IMG/VR virus record: IMGVR_UViG_3300044568_004364
Reading direction: 5' to 3' (one strand)
Origin: a virus
Length of the DNA: 64,000 nt
In this document: piece by piece, positions 35,212-44,700 of the stretch
Position numbering within the stretch: the first letter of the stretch is position 1
Layout of the letters: the number at the start of each line of letters is the position of its first letter
Program-made: the position numbers and the translations under genes
The notes under the pieces: generated by a model
The model's database searches: none
What the model was told of the DNA's origin: nothing
What the model saw: only the letters and a program-made list of their open reading frames with translations

Positions 35212-36192
35212 TTATGCGATTGTAGAGATGATCATATCACGTCCACCTAGACGTTGTTTGATTGCACTCACTAGATCTTTACAGTCTGGCGATACACCTT
35301 CAAAGTGGAAGATACTAGTAGTCTGATTGACCATGCTGAGATATGGCGCACTAGACAAGCCATCAAAGATTGCTTCCATATCCCAGAGCTCGTATTGACT
35401 CTTGACCCACCACTCATATTCAGCACCAGTATAGTTCTGATAGGTATCAAGCAATTTGCCTAAGCTCTTGAAGCGTTCGATACCAGCCTTGCGCACAAAC
35501 TCAGCTTTCACGTCAGCGTTTTGAATAGTCTTGTAGTACTCAAGATCCAACTTCTCTTCAGGAGTCACGGCAATATACTCTGGCACACGAACACCGTTGA
35601 GGGAATAGACCTTAAGGTCACCACGACCAGCATAAGTTAGCGCAGCTCCGCCATCACGATGCAAGCGATTCTCTTCATTGAGGAAGATTTCAGTAGGCTT
35701 CTCGCACACAATGGTATATTCTTCCATAGGGTAGATACAGCCAAGTTGCGCCGTTGCTTCCCATGTCTTATACTTAGCGTAGAGCTCAGCGTCTACCTCC
35801 ACCCCAACTTCTTCAAACATAAAGTCATAGAAGGAGAAGGTTGCAGCGAAGAATGAGCCACTCTGCCATGGGAGTTGTGCAGCGGGAATATCATACTTCT
35901 TAGTATTGCCATTGAAGACACTATCAAGCTCAGCATTCAAATTTTCAAAGCTTACATTAAAGTTGCTCAAGAGGTGACACGCAGCCCAAGCCTCCAATGG
36001 ATTGTCAAGAATAATCAGCGGCACATCTACAGGACGGTTAATGAGCGCGCGATACTGATCAACTGTCTTCTTGGTTCGAGTAGGATCAAGACGAGCAGTA
36101 TCAGTACCAACCGCAATCCATTTTGCGACATATTCGGGCATCTTAGCTTCTTGCTCAGGAGTGAGCTTATCAATTTTTTGTTTTTCTGACAT
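35212..36192 (-). CDS. DUF6745-like protein
   Basis: KIDKLTPEQEA...KW N-terminus; LHRDGGAALTY...NGVRVP; NADVK. Confidence 0.65.
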   Translation of the reverse strand: MSEKQKIDKLTPEQEAKMPEYVAKWIAVGTDTARLDPTRTKKTVDQYRALINRPVDVPLIILDNPLEAWAACHLLSNFNVSFENLNAELDSVFNGNTKKYDIPAAQLPWQSGSFFAATFSFYDFMFEEVGVEVDAELYAKYKTWEATAQLGCIYPMEEYTIVCEKPTEIFLNEENRLHRDGGAALTYAGRGDLKVYSLNGVRVPEYIAVTPEEKLDLEYYKTIQNADVKAEFVRKAGIERFKSLGKLLDTYQNYTGAEYEWWVKSQYELWDMEAIFDGLSSAPYLSMVNQTTSIFHFEGVSPDCKDLVSAIKQRLGGRDMIISTIA

Positions 36193-36270
36193 AGTATGTT
36201 TATTTGTGAGAGTTTTCTGCATCGCGAAGAATGAAGATTAATACGAAAATTAGTATGATTGCAATCATAG

Positions 36271-36462
36271 TTAGTATGCTTCAGAGTTGCTCATGCTTTT
36301 AAGATTAATACTTGGACGCTTGAGATATGTTTTGTTACGAATGTATTGATTAGCCTTTGCTTTTGGCTTGAATTGTACATCAGATACATCAACGCTTTTC
36401 ACAGCTCCAAAACGGACTGACCAATTGCTTTTAACGACTTGTGTTTGTGTGTTTGTGTTCAT
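36271..36462 (-). CDS. hypothetical early protein
   Basis: Directly downstream of an early promoter. Confidence 0.55.
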   Translation of the reverse strand: MNTNTQTQVVKSNWSVRFGAVKSVDVSDVQFKPKAKANQYIRNKTYLKRPSINLKSMSNSEAY

Positions 36463-36472
36463 AGTGATATTT

Positions 36473-36520
36473 GTTACAGATTTATTATATACGGTTAGTG
36501 TGAGTTTGTAAAATAAAAAA
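36473..36520 (-). promoter_or_regulatory. phage early (sigma70-type) promoter
   Basis: TTTACA-N17-TATAAT-AAATCTGTAAC family motif. Confidence 0.75.
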
Positions 36521-36545
36521 TGAATCTTTTATCTTAGGAAATTTT

Positions 36546-36581
36546 GTCCCGGGAGATCACACGCGTGTGATCTCCCGGGAC
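36546..36581. repeat. perfect 36-bp GC-rich palindrome
   Basis: GTCCCGGGAGATCACACG|CGTGTGATCTCCCGGGAC. Confidence 0.9.
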
Positions 36582-37091
36582 GAGGTAACCACACCTGAAA
36601 TTTTATTTTCTCCAAGAGAAGCACATTCACGCAATCCTTGAAGATAACTTTCATAATTATTTTCGTTTAGGAAAGGATGCGCTGCTGAACCCAGTTCCAA
36701 GTAGCATATTCCGCTTGTAGAGTTCATCAGCAATTTGCCGCTCGATCCATGACTGTGATTTGAAAATGTTTGCTCCATACTTTGGTTGTTTGCGTTTGAA
36801 TGTTAGCTTAATTTTTTGCAGGATTCGTCGGATCATATTATGCGCGTTGTTATTTTGTTAGGTGTTTTACTCCAATCATGTAGCATTCAGCTTTTGTATT
36901 TGCAAAGGCGCTAAGCTCAATTTCATTGCCATCTATGATGGTGATTTGCCATTGAGGCTTTCCGCCAATGACAGCTGCCGAATTTGAAACGGTGATTGTC
37001 ATCGAGCCATAGGTGTTTGTGTAATATCCTCTCGATATCTTGTTTAAGTTAAGAGTAACGGTGTGGATATTCATAAACTGTGTGGTACTGG

Positions 37092-37160
37092 CTACAAGAT
37101 TATTATACACTAAAAAACGCTGCTTGTAAATAAAAAAATGAAGAAAAATGCATTTTTTTC
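37092..37160 (-). promoter_or_regulatory. early promoter with upstream AAAAATGCATTTTT palindrome
   Basis: TTTACAAGC...GTGTATAATAATCTTGTAG. Confidence 0.75.
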
Positions 37161-37494
37161 ACAAAAAATCGTTTGAGGCGTCTCCAAGAGCATCATGCCG
37201 CGGACTTTTCTGCAATTCGTTCTTTAGTTCACCATAGGTGCGAGCTTCACTGGTGAATGCATTGTGGATGAGATCATTTATATTAAACGATAATTGAGCA
37301 ACCTCGTTTTCATTTTCATCAAAGATAGAAGCATAGCCTGCGCATGGATTTTCAACATCCAAAAAGTCAAATGCATAGTGCATCATTACACAACCACAAC
37401 TATCTCTATAATGATTGTGCGCCATATTCACTGCGCGTTCATCATCTTGTGAGATGATATAGTTTCGCAGTTCTTCAAATGTTATTTTTTCCAT
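37159..37494 (-). CDS. hypothetical protein
   Basis: ORF in an overlapping early-gene run. Confidence 0.55.
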   Translation of the reverse strand: MEKITFEELRNYIISQDDERAVNMAHNHYRDSCGCVMMHYAFDFLDVENPCAGYASIFDENENEVAQLSFNINDLIHNAFTSEARTYGELKNELQKSPRHDALGDASNDFL

Positions 37495-37670
37495 TGTGTA
37501 TTTTTATTTGTGTGTTATGAAAGGAGGCAGCCTCAACAATCCAAAAGAGGCCATTATCGTCAAGATTAAATCTTTCGGTTATATTGTTGAGCAGCTCATA
37601 TGAGGAGCTCATGCGCACAGCCTCGGCAATTTGAAAACATTCGGATGGCAGCCGAATCATGTCACGTTTG

Positions 37671-37871
37671 TTAATTTTTACAGTGTTCATATTCTCTTAT
37701 TTCGCTGATGATTGAAGCTCGTACTTGAAAGTCAACAGGATACCAAACATCGGTGTGTAAGGAGCTAGGAAGATTACTAGCAGACAATCCGTCAATGCAA
37801 ACACCGCTAAATGCATATAGCAAGTCGTTTAAGATGGATGATCCTGCTATTTCATATTTGATGTTCATCAT
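37671..37871 (-). CDS. divergent member of the MNI...EYE mini-gene family
   Basis: MNIKYEI...SEIREYEH termini. Confidence 0.5.
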   Translation of the reverse strand: MMNIKYEIAGSSILNDLLYAFSGVCIDGLSASNLPSSLHTDVWYPVDFQVRASIISEIREYEHCKN

Positions 37872-38185
37872 AGTTTACACTTTAAATCATAAGCATTTTT
37901 AACGCCCTCTGGTAATGGGATTCTCACCTCCTTATCAATACTCTGAATAACATCAGCCTCATCAACAATAACCGTGATACGTCCAGTGTAGCTGTCAAGA
38001 GTCACCATGCCTGTTGAGACACGAATTGCTGTTGGCTCTAATGATAGGACATAAGCGAGTGCAATGTCATTCCATACTTTGCCATAGAGTTCAGGCAAAA
38101 CACAAACATTTGTGTATGAATAGATGTCCTCCTTTTGAGGCACTGCATGATGATATACTTTAAAATCTTCTGGTTTATTTTTCAT
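37868..38185 (-). CDS. hypothetical protein
   Basis: ORF with ATGA coupling. Confidence 0.55.
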   Translation of the reverse strand: MKNKPEDFKVYHHAVPQKEDIYSYTNVCVLPELYGKVWNDIALAYVLSLEPTAIRVSTGMVTLDSYTGRITVIVDEADVIQSIDKEVRIPLPEGVKNAYDLKCKL

Positions 38186-38637
38186 ATTTTATTAAAATTC
38201 AACGGGATAAAGAATGACTGCCCATCCAGCTTTACTTCCACACTCTGGACAATCACAATGCGCAAATTCATAATGTTCGCGAGGACAACTTTCAACAACT
38301 CCGAGTCTTACGGTTTCATCTGTATCTTCAAACTCTGAGTCGCAATGTCGACATGTTCCACGCCAGATTCTTTTGTGTTTATTACCCGCTTTGATTAGTT
38401 TCATAATTGACCTTCTTTACCAAAGACTAAATTCATTAAACGTATTTGGTCAGTTGCTTCTTGTATTTCTACAGAATCTATCACGACATCATCTTGATCA
38501 CAAACACGAAAACGATAAGGCTGCGCATTTGCCAATTCTACAATCGGCATGAGATAACGACGATAATCACCCCTCGTCCATGTTACTCCACCATCATCAG
38601 AATATTCGTAATAATAAAATTTATGTTTCATAGTTGT

Positions 38638-39018
38638 TTAAGTATTTCCAAATTCGTCGTAATATAAATCCCCGCACGGTCCACCACCGTGCCACACTCC
38701 TGCACCATTCGGATAAACAGTATGAGCTTCCCATACATCACCATATTTGTGGTAGATACGGGTGCCTATTTCTGCTCCAGTGGCATCACAAACAGGTGAG
38801 CCATGATCTTTAGGTCGACTATCATAATGGGCTTTATAATAAGCATCATACTCTTTTTGTGATTGTTCAATAAATCTACGAGCGCGAGGAGACAATGGTT
38901 TCTCAACCTGATCTTCACTAAACAATGGAGTGCCATCATTCATTCGAGCTATTGCCTTCTCGCCTTTGAGAATTTTATAACCGCGTTGCGACCATTCATT
39001 AAAGCTGCGAAGTTCCAT
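38638..39018 (-). CDS. hypothetical protein with ArdC-like N-terminal motif
   Basis: SFNEWSQRGYKILKGEKA. Confidence 0.5.
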   Translation of the reverse strand: MELRSFNEWSQRGYKILKGEKAIARMNDGTPLFSEDQVEKPLSPRARRFIEQSQKEYDAYYKAHYDSRPKDHGSPVCDATGAEIGTRIYHKYGDVWEAHTVYPNGAGVWHGGGPCGDLYYDEFGNT

Positions 39019-39071
39019 ATTTCTTATATTGTCGAATGTTCCAAATGATTAGTGGAATGTGAATGCAAAGA

Positions 39072-39830
39072 TTAATTGCCGCATAGCTCCCTAGCCTCCA
39101 AAATGAGCTCTGCCGCAAGATTTTCGTTAAAATCATAGCGCAATTTGCTGCCGTCCATGACAAGATTTAGCTCCGCAAAGCTATCAGATACCAGCTTCTC
39201 AAGAGTCTCACAGGTGTATGATGATGGATTTGTTTTGATGTCAAGCAGCAGCATATGAAACTCTGTTCCAAAATCCGCAACATTTACCACATACTCTCCA
39301 GATTCAAAAAAGCGTTTACCCACTTCACATAGCCGTAAGATTTGAACAAAGTTCTTTGGAGAAAAGCCATAGTGTTGCACCGCATCTTTGCGCTTGCCGC
39401 CAAGACGACCACTGCGCTCACCCGTTGCAAGTTTTAATTCGCTATAGACATAACCGCGCAAGCTATTTTTCAAAACTTCAGTGTTGATTAAGCTATAGCG
39501 AAGATGATATAATTCAATCATAAACTTAGAACGATAAGTGAATGACTCCAATGGAGCAAACAATATTTCCATGACTTGAGTATTGCTCTTGCGCAGCAAT
39601 GACATATAATGGCCAATCTCATAATATGTTGCGTCGTGTGGTGAGTTTGTAACAATATTTGTGATTGTATGTAACCCACTCTTATGCAGGGGAGCGCGTG
39701 CAACAAAGAGACCGCGATAGTCAACATCAGAGTCAGCTGTCGCCAATCCATAAAGATTGCTACCACCTACAAGACTGCACAATAGACTAGAGTCATATTT
39801 GATAAAACTAAGATGTTCTTGGATATTCAT
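39072..39830 (-). CDS. Pol-beta superfamily nucleotidyltransferase
   Basis: GSNLYGLATADSDVDYRG; N..VMEILF. Confidence 0.8.
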   Translation of the reverse strand: MNIQEHLSFIKYDSSLLCSLVGGSNLYGLATADSDVDYRGLFVARAPLHKSGLHTITNIVTNSPHDATYYEIGHYMSLLRKSNTQVMEILFAPLESFTYRSKFMIELYHLRYSLINTEVLKNSLRGYVYSELKLATGERSGRLGGKRKDAVQHYGFSPKNFVQILRLCEVGKRFFESGEYVVNVADFGTEFHMLLLDIKTNPSSYTCETLEKLVSDSFAELNLVMDGSKLRYDFNENLAAELILEARELCGN

Positions 39831-40816
39831 ATTTTTCCTTCGTTATAATTCTTCTTACTTCAAGAGCTATATCCCCACAAAGTATATTGTCAATTTTGAA
39901 TCCTATCGAATCATATACGCTAGTGCTTATGTATGGTGTGGTTTGATCTGCTGCTGTTTGTCTACATTCACTCTGTACACACTTCCACACATGCTCATAC
40001 AGAGCTTCATTTATTGCGTATCCTATATTCATATTCTACTATTGTAGCGTTAACTGTGTTCATAACTGAGTTCATAACTGAGTTCCAAACAGAGCGATGT
40101 ATTGAGTTCCAAACTGAGATATCAACTGAGTCATAAACTGAGTTATTAACTGAGTCCCAAACTGAGCCGCTAACTGATTTTTCGACTGAGAGATCTATTT
40201 CCCGTTTAATATCCATATTCTTTCATTGTAGCGTTAACAGAGTTCTCAACTGAGCTCTCAACTAAGTTCCAAACTGAGCCATGTACTGAGCTCCAAACTG
40301 AGTTACTAACCGAGTCTCTAACTGAGCTACGAACAGAGACATGTACTGAGACATGTACTAAGCTATGTACTGAGTCCCAAACAGAGTCCCAAACAGAGTC
40401 CCAAACAGAGACCCCAACAGAGACCCCAACAGAGTTCCAAACAGAGACCCAAACAGATTTCAATATTTTTTCTTCAGTAGTCATAATTATATTCTAGCAT
40501 CTGCGCATTAACAGAGTCCCTAACAGAGACCCTAACAGAGTTCCAAACAGAGTTCCAAACAGAGACCCCAACAGAGTCCCAAACAGAGTTCCAAACAGAG
40601 TTCCCAACAGAGACCCCAACAGAGACCCCAACAGAGACCCAAACAGATTTCAATATTTTTTCTTCAGTAGTCATAATTATATTCTAACATTTGAGCATTA
40701 ACAGAGTCCCTAACAGAGTCATAGACTGAGCCATGTACTGAGTCACTAACTGAGCCATAAACTGAGCCCCAAACAGAGACATTAACTGAGAGATTTATTT
40801 TATCGTTAATATTCAT
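39808..40816 (-). repeat. array B: 5 SV-X-X mini-genes (40664-40816, 40474-40674, 40206-40484, 40007-40216, 39808-40032)
   Basis: Same 12-bp unit (TC[AT]GTT-N6) and EYxY/M overlaps as array A. Confidence 0.85.
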
Positions 40817-40818
40817 AT

Positions 40819-41130
40819 TCAATCCCAGTTCCAGCGGTTACCACTTTTTGTTGGAGCGTCAAGCGGAATAGCGTCATAGTCGGCGACATTCAATGCATCG
40901 CGAGTTGCTGCACGATTCTTACTGTTATGCTCGTCCTTTGTGCTTTGATTAATATTAGTTGCACGCTTATTGTCATGCGTATAGCAACGTGCCAATTCAA
41001 TAAGCTTACGAGGCGTATATTCTTTGTAATCACTCCAGCTAAAATGGAGAACATTGAAGTTACCGGAGTCGAGCTTGACTACTTTCCACTTGTTACGCTT
41101 AATGATTTGTATTGCTTCAGACGTGTTCAT
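40819..41130 (-). CDS. hypothetical protein
   Basis: ORF in early run. Confidence 0.55.
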   Translation of the reverse strand: MNTSEAIQIIKRNKWKVVKLDSGNFNVLHFSWSDYKEYTPRKLIELARCYTHDNKRATNINQSTKDEHNSKNRAATRDALNVADYDAIPLDAPTKSGNRWNWD

Positions 41131-41142
41131 AATTATATGATA

Positions 41143-41433
41143 TTAGTGTTTGTTTGTTCGAGCTGCTTGTTTGCGACCACCGCGAGAGCGAGAGCATTGA
41201 GCATAGTCAGACCAGTTGGCAAGCTTACTCTCCCAGCGCAACAAGTCGCGGCAAGCAGCTCCAATATGCGCCTTGCCTCGGCAGCGATTCTCAGCATTGA
41301 GCGCTCCATTCAGGAATACTCGGCAACCATAGACTCCTCCACCAAGGTGAGTAACCTTAACAGTGTGCTCGACGTGACGTTGCATTATGCGAATCGGAGA
41401 GATGTGTTGCCAGAATGTGTAGTGTGGTGTCAT
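41143..41433 (-). CDS. hypothetical protein
   Basis: Preceded by the conserved leader AACGAACTCTGATACAATATCATTATG. Confidence 0.6.
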   Translation of the reverse strand: MTPHYTFWQHISPIRIMQRHVEHTVKVTHLGGGVYGCRVFLNGALNAENRCRGKAHIGAACRDLLRWESKLANWSDYAQCSRSRGGRKQAARTNKH

Positions 41434-41456
41434 AATGATATTGTATCAGAGTTCGT

Positions 41457-41705
41457 TTAATCTTTGAGTGCTTTGAGTGCTTTGAGTGCTGCATCGTTGT
41501 TGCTGAATGTTCCAACTGGAGTGACGAATGCTCCATAGTTGGCAAGTATCTCAGCATGCTTAACATAGTGAGTTACCTGACCATTGCGGACACGGAAGCC
41601 AATCCAGCGAGCTTGATACACTCCATCCTTTTTAGTCTTAGCCTTCTCTTGAATGAAGAGACGATTGGCTTGGTTGAGCTGGCCGTAGAAAATGTGTTCT
41701 TTCAT
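41457..41705 (-). CDS. hypothetical protein
   Basis: Preceded by the same conserved leader. Confidence 0.6.
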   Translation of the reverse strand: MKEHIFYGQLNQANRLFIQEKAKTKKDGVYQARWIGFRVRNGQVTHYVKHAEILANYGAFVTPVGTFSNNDAALKALKALKD

Positions 41706-41727
41706 AATGATATTGTATCGGAGTTAG

Positions 41728-41961
41728 TTACCAACTTGCTGCAGTTTGGTAGCCGCATTCATATTTGAATTTAGCGTAATCGCGAATGAAGTCTTCAAAG
41801 CTATCATAGCGCGCACACCATTCAAAAGACTTACCGTGGACACGTGAGTAAAAACAATCATAATCCTCAACATTACACATCCGTTCGACTGTGTGGGAGA
41901 TGCTCTCAATTGCAGCGATACGTTTAAGGATCGCGATTTCTTCAGGAGTTACTTTGGTCAT
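41728..41961 (-). CDS. hypothetical protein
   Basis: Preceded by the same conserved leader. Confidence 0.6.
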   Translation of the reverse strand: MTKVTPEEIAILKRIAAIESISHTVERMCNVEDYDCFYSRVHGKSFEWCARYDSFEDFIRDYAKFKYECGYQTAASW

Positions 41962-42148
41962 AATGATATTGTATCAGAGTTCGTTTAGCCGCGGTACTTC
42001 AAACGGATGAAGACATCTTTGTTGTCTTCCATGATATCAGCGAGCAGCTTCATGCAGTAGTCAACCCAAGCCTCTTGAGTGATCTCGCCTCTTTGAACGG
42101 CGGCGAACATTTCGTAGTATTCTTTATTATCGGTCATGATGTGATTTG

Positions 42149-42217
42149 GTTACAAGATTATTCTACCACAAAAATGCACACTTGTAAATAAAAAAATGCG
42201 AAAAAATGCATTTTTTT
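42149..42217 (-). promoter_or_regulatory. early promoter with upstream palindrome
   Basis: TTTACAAG...TGGTAGAATAATCTTGTAACC; AAAAAATGCATTTTTT. Confidence 0.75.
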
Positions 42218-42245
42218 CACAAAAATACTCCTTGGGGAGACTTTT

Positions 42246-42473
42246 TTAGTCCTTGATGCGCCGTGGGCCACGCAGTGGACGAGGCGGTAGCTGTTCTTCA
42301 ATGTAGCGACATGCCGCAGAGCTTAAGACTTCATCTCCGCAAGAGTCACACTTATGAACAGGCACATTCTCCACAACATAGTTTTGTCCTTCGACCGTTT
42401 TGTCGAACTTCTGATATTCGACACGCAGAGTGCCGTCGCAATCAAAGCAAGGGATGTCTTGTAAATGTTTCAT
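42246..42473 (-). CDS. YgiT/MqsA-type zinc-finger protein
   Basis: CFDC...VENVPVHKCDSCGD. Confidence 0.7.
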   Translation of the reverse strand: MKHLQDIPCFDCDGTLRVEYQKFDKTVEGQNYVVENVPVHKCDSCGDEVLSSAACRYIEEQLPPRPLRGPRRIKD

Positions 42474-42605
42474 AATTTTCGTCGTCTTCAAGTCTAACAG
42501 ATGATTGGATCAAGCTTTCGTGTAGTATCTCGTTGCCTTCATCATCATATTCGTATCTTTCCCAATATCCACATTCGTCATCACCAATTTGATTTTCCAT
42601 GGTAG

Positions 42606-42950
42606 TTACTGAGGTTTGGGCGTGGTCGGAGTGGCGCTCTCGCCGCGTGCCTCACCTTGTGCGTTCGGCTCAGAATAAAGGTCATCCAGTTCGCCGTGAT
42701 CGGGGCAGTAGTAATACGGCTTACCGTCCCGCCAGTTGATCGAGGACTCCACACAGCACACGGGGCAGAGATTGCGCGGGTATGCCGTGCCGATCATGTC
42801 TTCGCAGCGACAATGCCACTCGTCCAGTTCGTGGTATTTTGCCCATGCTTCCATCACTGGTTGAGCCACCGCAAGAAGCCGAACAAGTCGCGGCAGATCA
42901 ACCGCCTTGTTGCTGGTGTTTTGGGTATCGTTTGGCAATTCAGAGTTCAT
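42606..42950 (-). CDS. cassette ORF, Cys-rich hypothetical protein
   Basis: Start lies in an attC loop; CPVC...CPDH. Confidence 0.65.
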   Translation of the reverse strand: MNSELPNDTQNTSNKAVDLPRLVRLLAVAQPVMEAWAKYHELDEWHCRCEDMIGTAYPRNLCPVCCVESSINWRDGKPYYYCPDHGELDDLYSEPNAQGEARGESATPTTPKPQ

Positions 42951-43009
42951 TGGTGTTTTGGTCGTTTGTTTGGTTGTAGATCGGCGGTGTCTGCGCTGTG
43001 GCGTTAGCC
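42878..43009 (+). repeat. attC site
   Basis: GCCGAAC-aagtc-GCG(G)CAGAT..ACCGCC / GGCGGT-GTCTGCGC-tgtggc-GTTAGCC. Confidence 0.85.
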
Positions 43010-43201
43010 AAGAAATTCCTCGGGGCGGATGATGTTTTCACCAGGGTCATCGCTTCCGCAGTGGCAGCAGACATACCCGTTTCGGATTACTCGCCCGCAA
43101 TGGTCGCATTCGACCAGTTCGGGGCATTCCCCGATTACGGTTTCCATGAGTTGTGCAAGCCATTGGCGGCTACCTGTTTTTAGTTTGCGGAGTTTCTTCA
43201 T
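43004..43201 (-). CDS. cassette ORF, zinc-ribbon hypothetical protein
   Basis: CDHC...CCHC; stop TAA lies in the attC core. Confidence 0.65.
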   Translation of the reverse strand: MKKLRKLKTGSRQWLAQLMETVIGECPELVECDHCGRVIRNGYVCCHCGSDDPGENIIRPEEFLG

Positions 43202-43212
43202 AATTCGTAAGA

Positions 43213-43304
43213 GGCTAACAAGTGAATGCTGGCAACGGCGGGAAGTTGCCTGTTTGGTTTATTCGGAGTCCAGCGCCCGCCGCGCCAGATCTTTGTCGTT
43301 CGGC
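43213..43304 (+). repeat. attC site
   Basis: GGCTAAC..AT(G)CTGGC..CGGCGGG / CCCGCCG..GCCAGAT..GTTCGGC. Confidence 0.85.
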
Positions 43305-43580
43305 AGAGAACTCGCAGCCTTGCTATTTTCTCTTCTCTGTTTTTGTCTGTCATTTCTTCGAGACCAGTCATGAGTTTATTTCAGTTGTTCTATGGTCTCC
43401 GCAATAGCACCAATGATACCTCATGGGGGTTCTTTTCCCGATAATGATTGTGCATCCGAGATTCCATTTGTGGACGTGTCCTTTTTGAATGCTTTTCTTG
43501 TTAGACCTTCCGTTTCTTCGCTGACGACGTATCTTTGTGATTGTTTTCTTGAGGTGTTGGTTCATTTTATTGTTTGTTGT

Positions 43581-43634
43581 TCCGAACATTCCGCATCAAG
43601 CAACGCTGGGCGTGCCTGTGCTTGGCTGTTGTGC
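43581..43634 (+). repeat. attC site (minimal, 54 bp)
   Basis: TCCGAAC-attcc-GCA(T)CAAGC-ACGC / GCGT-GCCTGTGC-ttggct-GTTGTGC. Confidence 0.75.
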
Positions 43635-43993
43635 TAATAAAGGTTCTCGCTGAACAGCCGCTCGCCATCGCCCCCGCAGCGTCGACGGACTTGGTTCTGA
43701 TCGACGGCGACGATCCACGCTTCTTCACGGGTCATCCAGTCCCCGAACTGATCCACGAATCCTTGATCCCATGCTTTGAAGTCGTGACCCATAGCATTGG
43801 CTTGCACCCTCATGAGCTTGTCCCAGTGCCGAGCACCGCAGATGATTAGCAGCTTGTTCACACGGTGCCGATTAGCAGCGCATACCACGCGGCGAGGGGT
43901 CTTTGTGTAGTCGGGCTTCCACTCGGGTTCGGAAGAAGCACCACAAGACGGTGAGCCCAACGAATCGGGCGGTGGAGTTGGTTTTGTATTCAT
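43634..43993 (-). CDS. cassette ORF, conserved phage hypothetical protein
   Basis: VVCAANR...GARH...QGFVDQFG..TREEAW..A...LFSENLY. Confidence 0.7.
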   Translation of the reverse strand: MNTKPTPPPDSLGSPSCGASSEPEWKPDYTKTPRRVVCAANRHRVNKLLIICGARHWDKLMRVQANAMGHDFKAWDQGFVDQFGDWMTREEAWIVAVDQNQVRRRCGGDGERLFSENLY

Positions 43994-44035
43994 GATCTTT
44001 TCTCGCCCGATTCGTGGGCTACCTCGACGTTAGCT
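43938..44035 (+). repeat. attC site (R'' AAC changed to CAC)
   Basis: GCACCAC-aagac-GGT(G)AGCCC-ACGAATCGGGCG / CGCCCGATTCGT-GGGCTACC..GTTAGCT. Confidence 0.8.
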
Positions 44036-44658
44036 CCAATAATCGGCCATCCCATATCAGCCACAAGACTCTCGGCCTCCTCCTTAGTTGGTAGCGCATC
44101 CATCCAGAATCCGTCCTCCAACGTAATCGCCCACTGGACATCTCCCGTCTCGTCGGTTTCGTATATTTCCACGGGTTCCCCTGCTCGTCGAATCGCCTCC
44201 TTGTATCCCGTGGGACATTCCTTGAGGAACCGAATCGCCCAAGAAGAGCTAACAAGGTGGTCGAGGACAACGGGCGGGGCGGTGTGTGTCGAAGTTTCCA
44301 TGTGCTTAGAGAGTTTATGAGGTATCGGAGTGGCGCTTTCCGCCCGTGCCTCACCTTGATCGTTCGCCAAAGAAACAAGAACGTCCCCGTGGCAGGCTTG
44401 CGGAGCGCACCAGCACCCCAACACTTTTCCGCGCAGTTCATGCAGCGCAGCCATGAGATGCGGTTGAGTTACTACCCATTCACGGTATTTTCGGATCACG
44501 GTTTCCCGGTCGCCGTCCTTCCCAATCTCAAACGGGTTTCCCCATTTCGACGGCCTGCCGATACACACGTCATGCTTCGACCGTTTGCAGTGAACCACAA
44601 ATGGCGAACAAGGCGGTGGAGGACAACAGCCTCCCGTTGGGTCTTTTGGTGTATTCAT
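43990..44658 (-). CDS. two-cassette fusion ORF: DUF4326-like domain plus second hypothetical domain
   Basis: IGRPSKWGNPF...LGCWCAP.ACHGDVL; reads through attC 44247-44368 with an internal METST start. Confidence 0.7.
   Translation of the reverse strand: MNTPKDPTGGCCPPPPCSPFVVHCKRSKHDVCIGRPSKWGNPFEIGKDGDRETVIRKYREWVVTQPHLMAALHELRGKVLGCWCAPQACHGDVLVSLANDQGEARAESATPIPHKLSKHMETSTHTAPPVVLDHLVSSSWAIRFLKECPTGYKEAIRRAGEPVEIYETDETGDVQWAITLEDGFWMDALPTKEEAESLVADMGWPIIGANVEVAHESGEKRS
44247..44368 (+). repeat. attC site
   Basis: AGCTAAC-aaggt-GGT(C)GAGG..CGGGCGG / CCGCCCG..CCTCACC-ttgatc-GTTCGCC. Confidence 0.88.
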
Positions 44659-44700
44659 GATTTTTTGTCGGGACTCTGTAAGTCACCTTGGGCGTTGTGC
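44603..44700 (+). repeat. attC site
   Basis: GGCGAAC-aaggc-GGTG..ACAG..TCCCG / CGGGA..CTGT..CACC-ttgggc-GTTGTGC. Confidence 0.8.

Noticed and set aside
32851-40816. Diversity-generating retroelement
   Set aside because: No reverse transcriptase in the window and no template/variable pair differing only at adenines.
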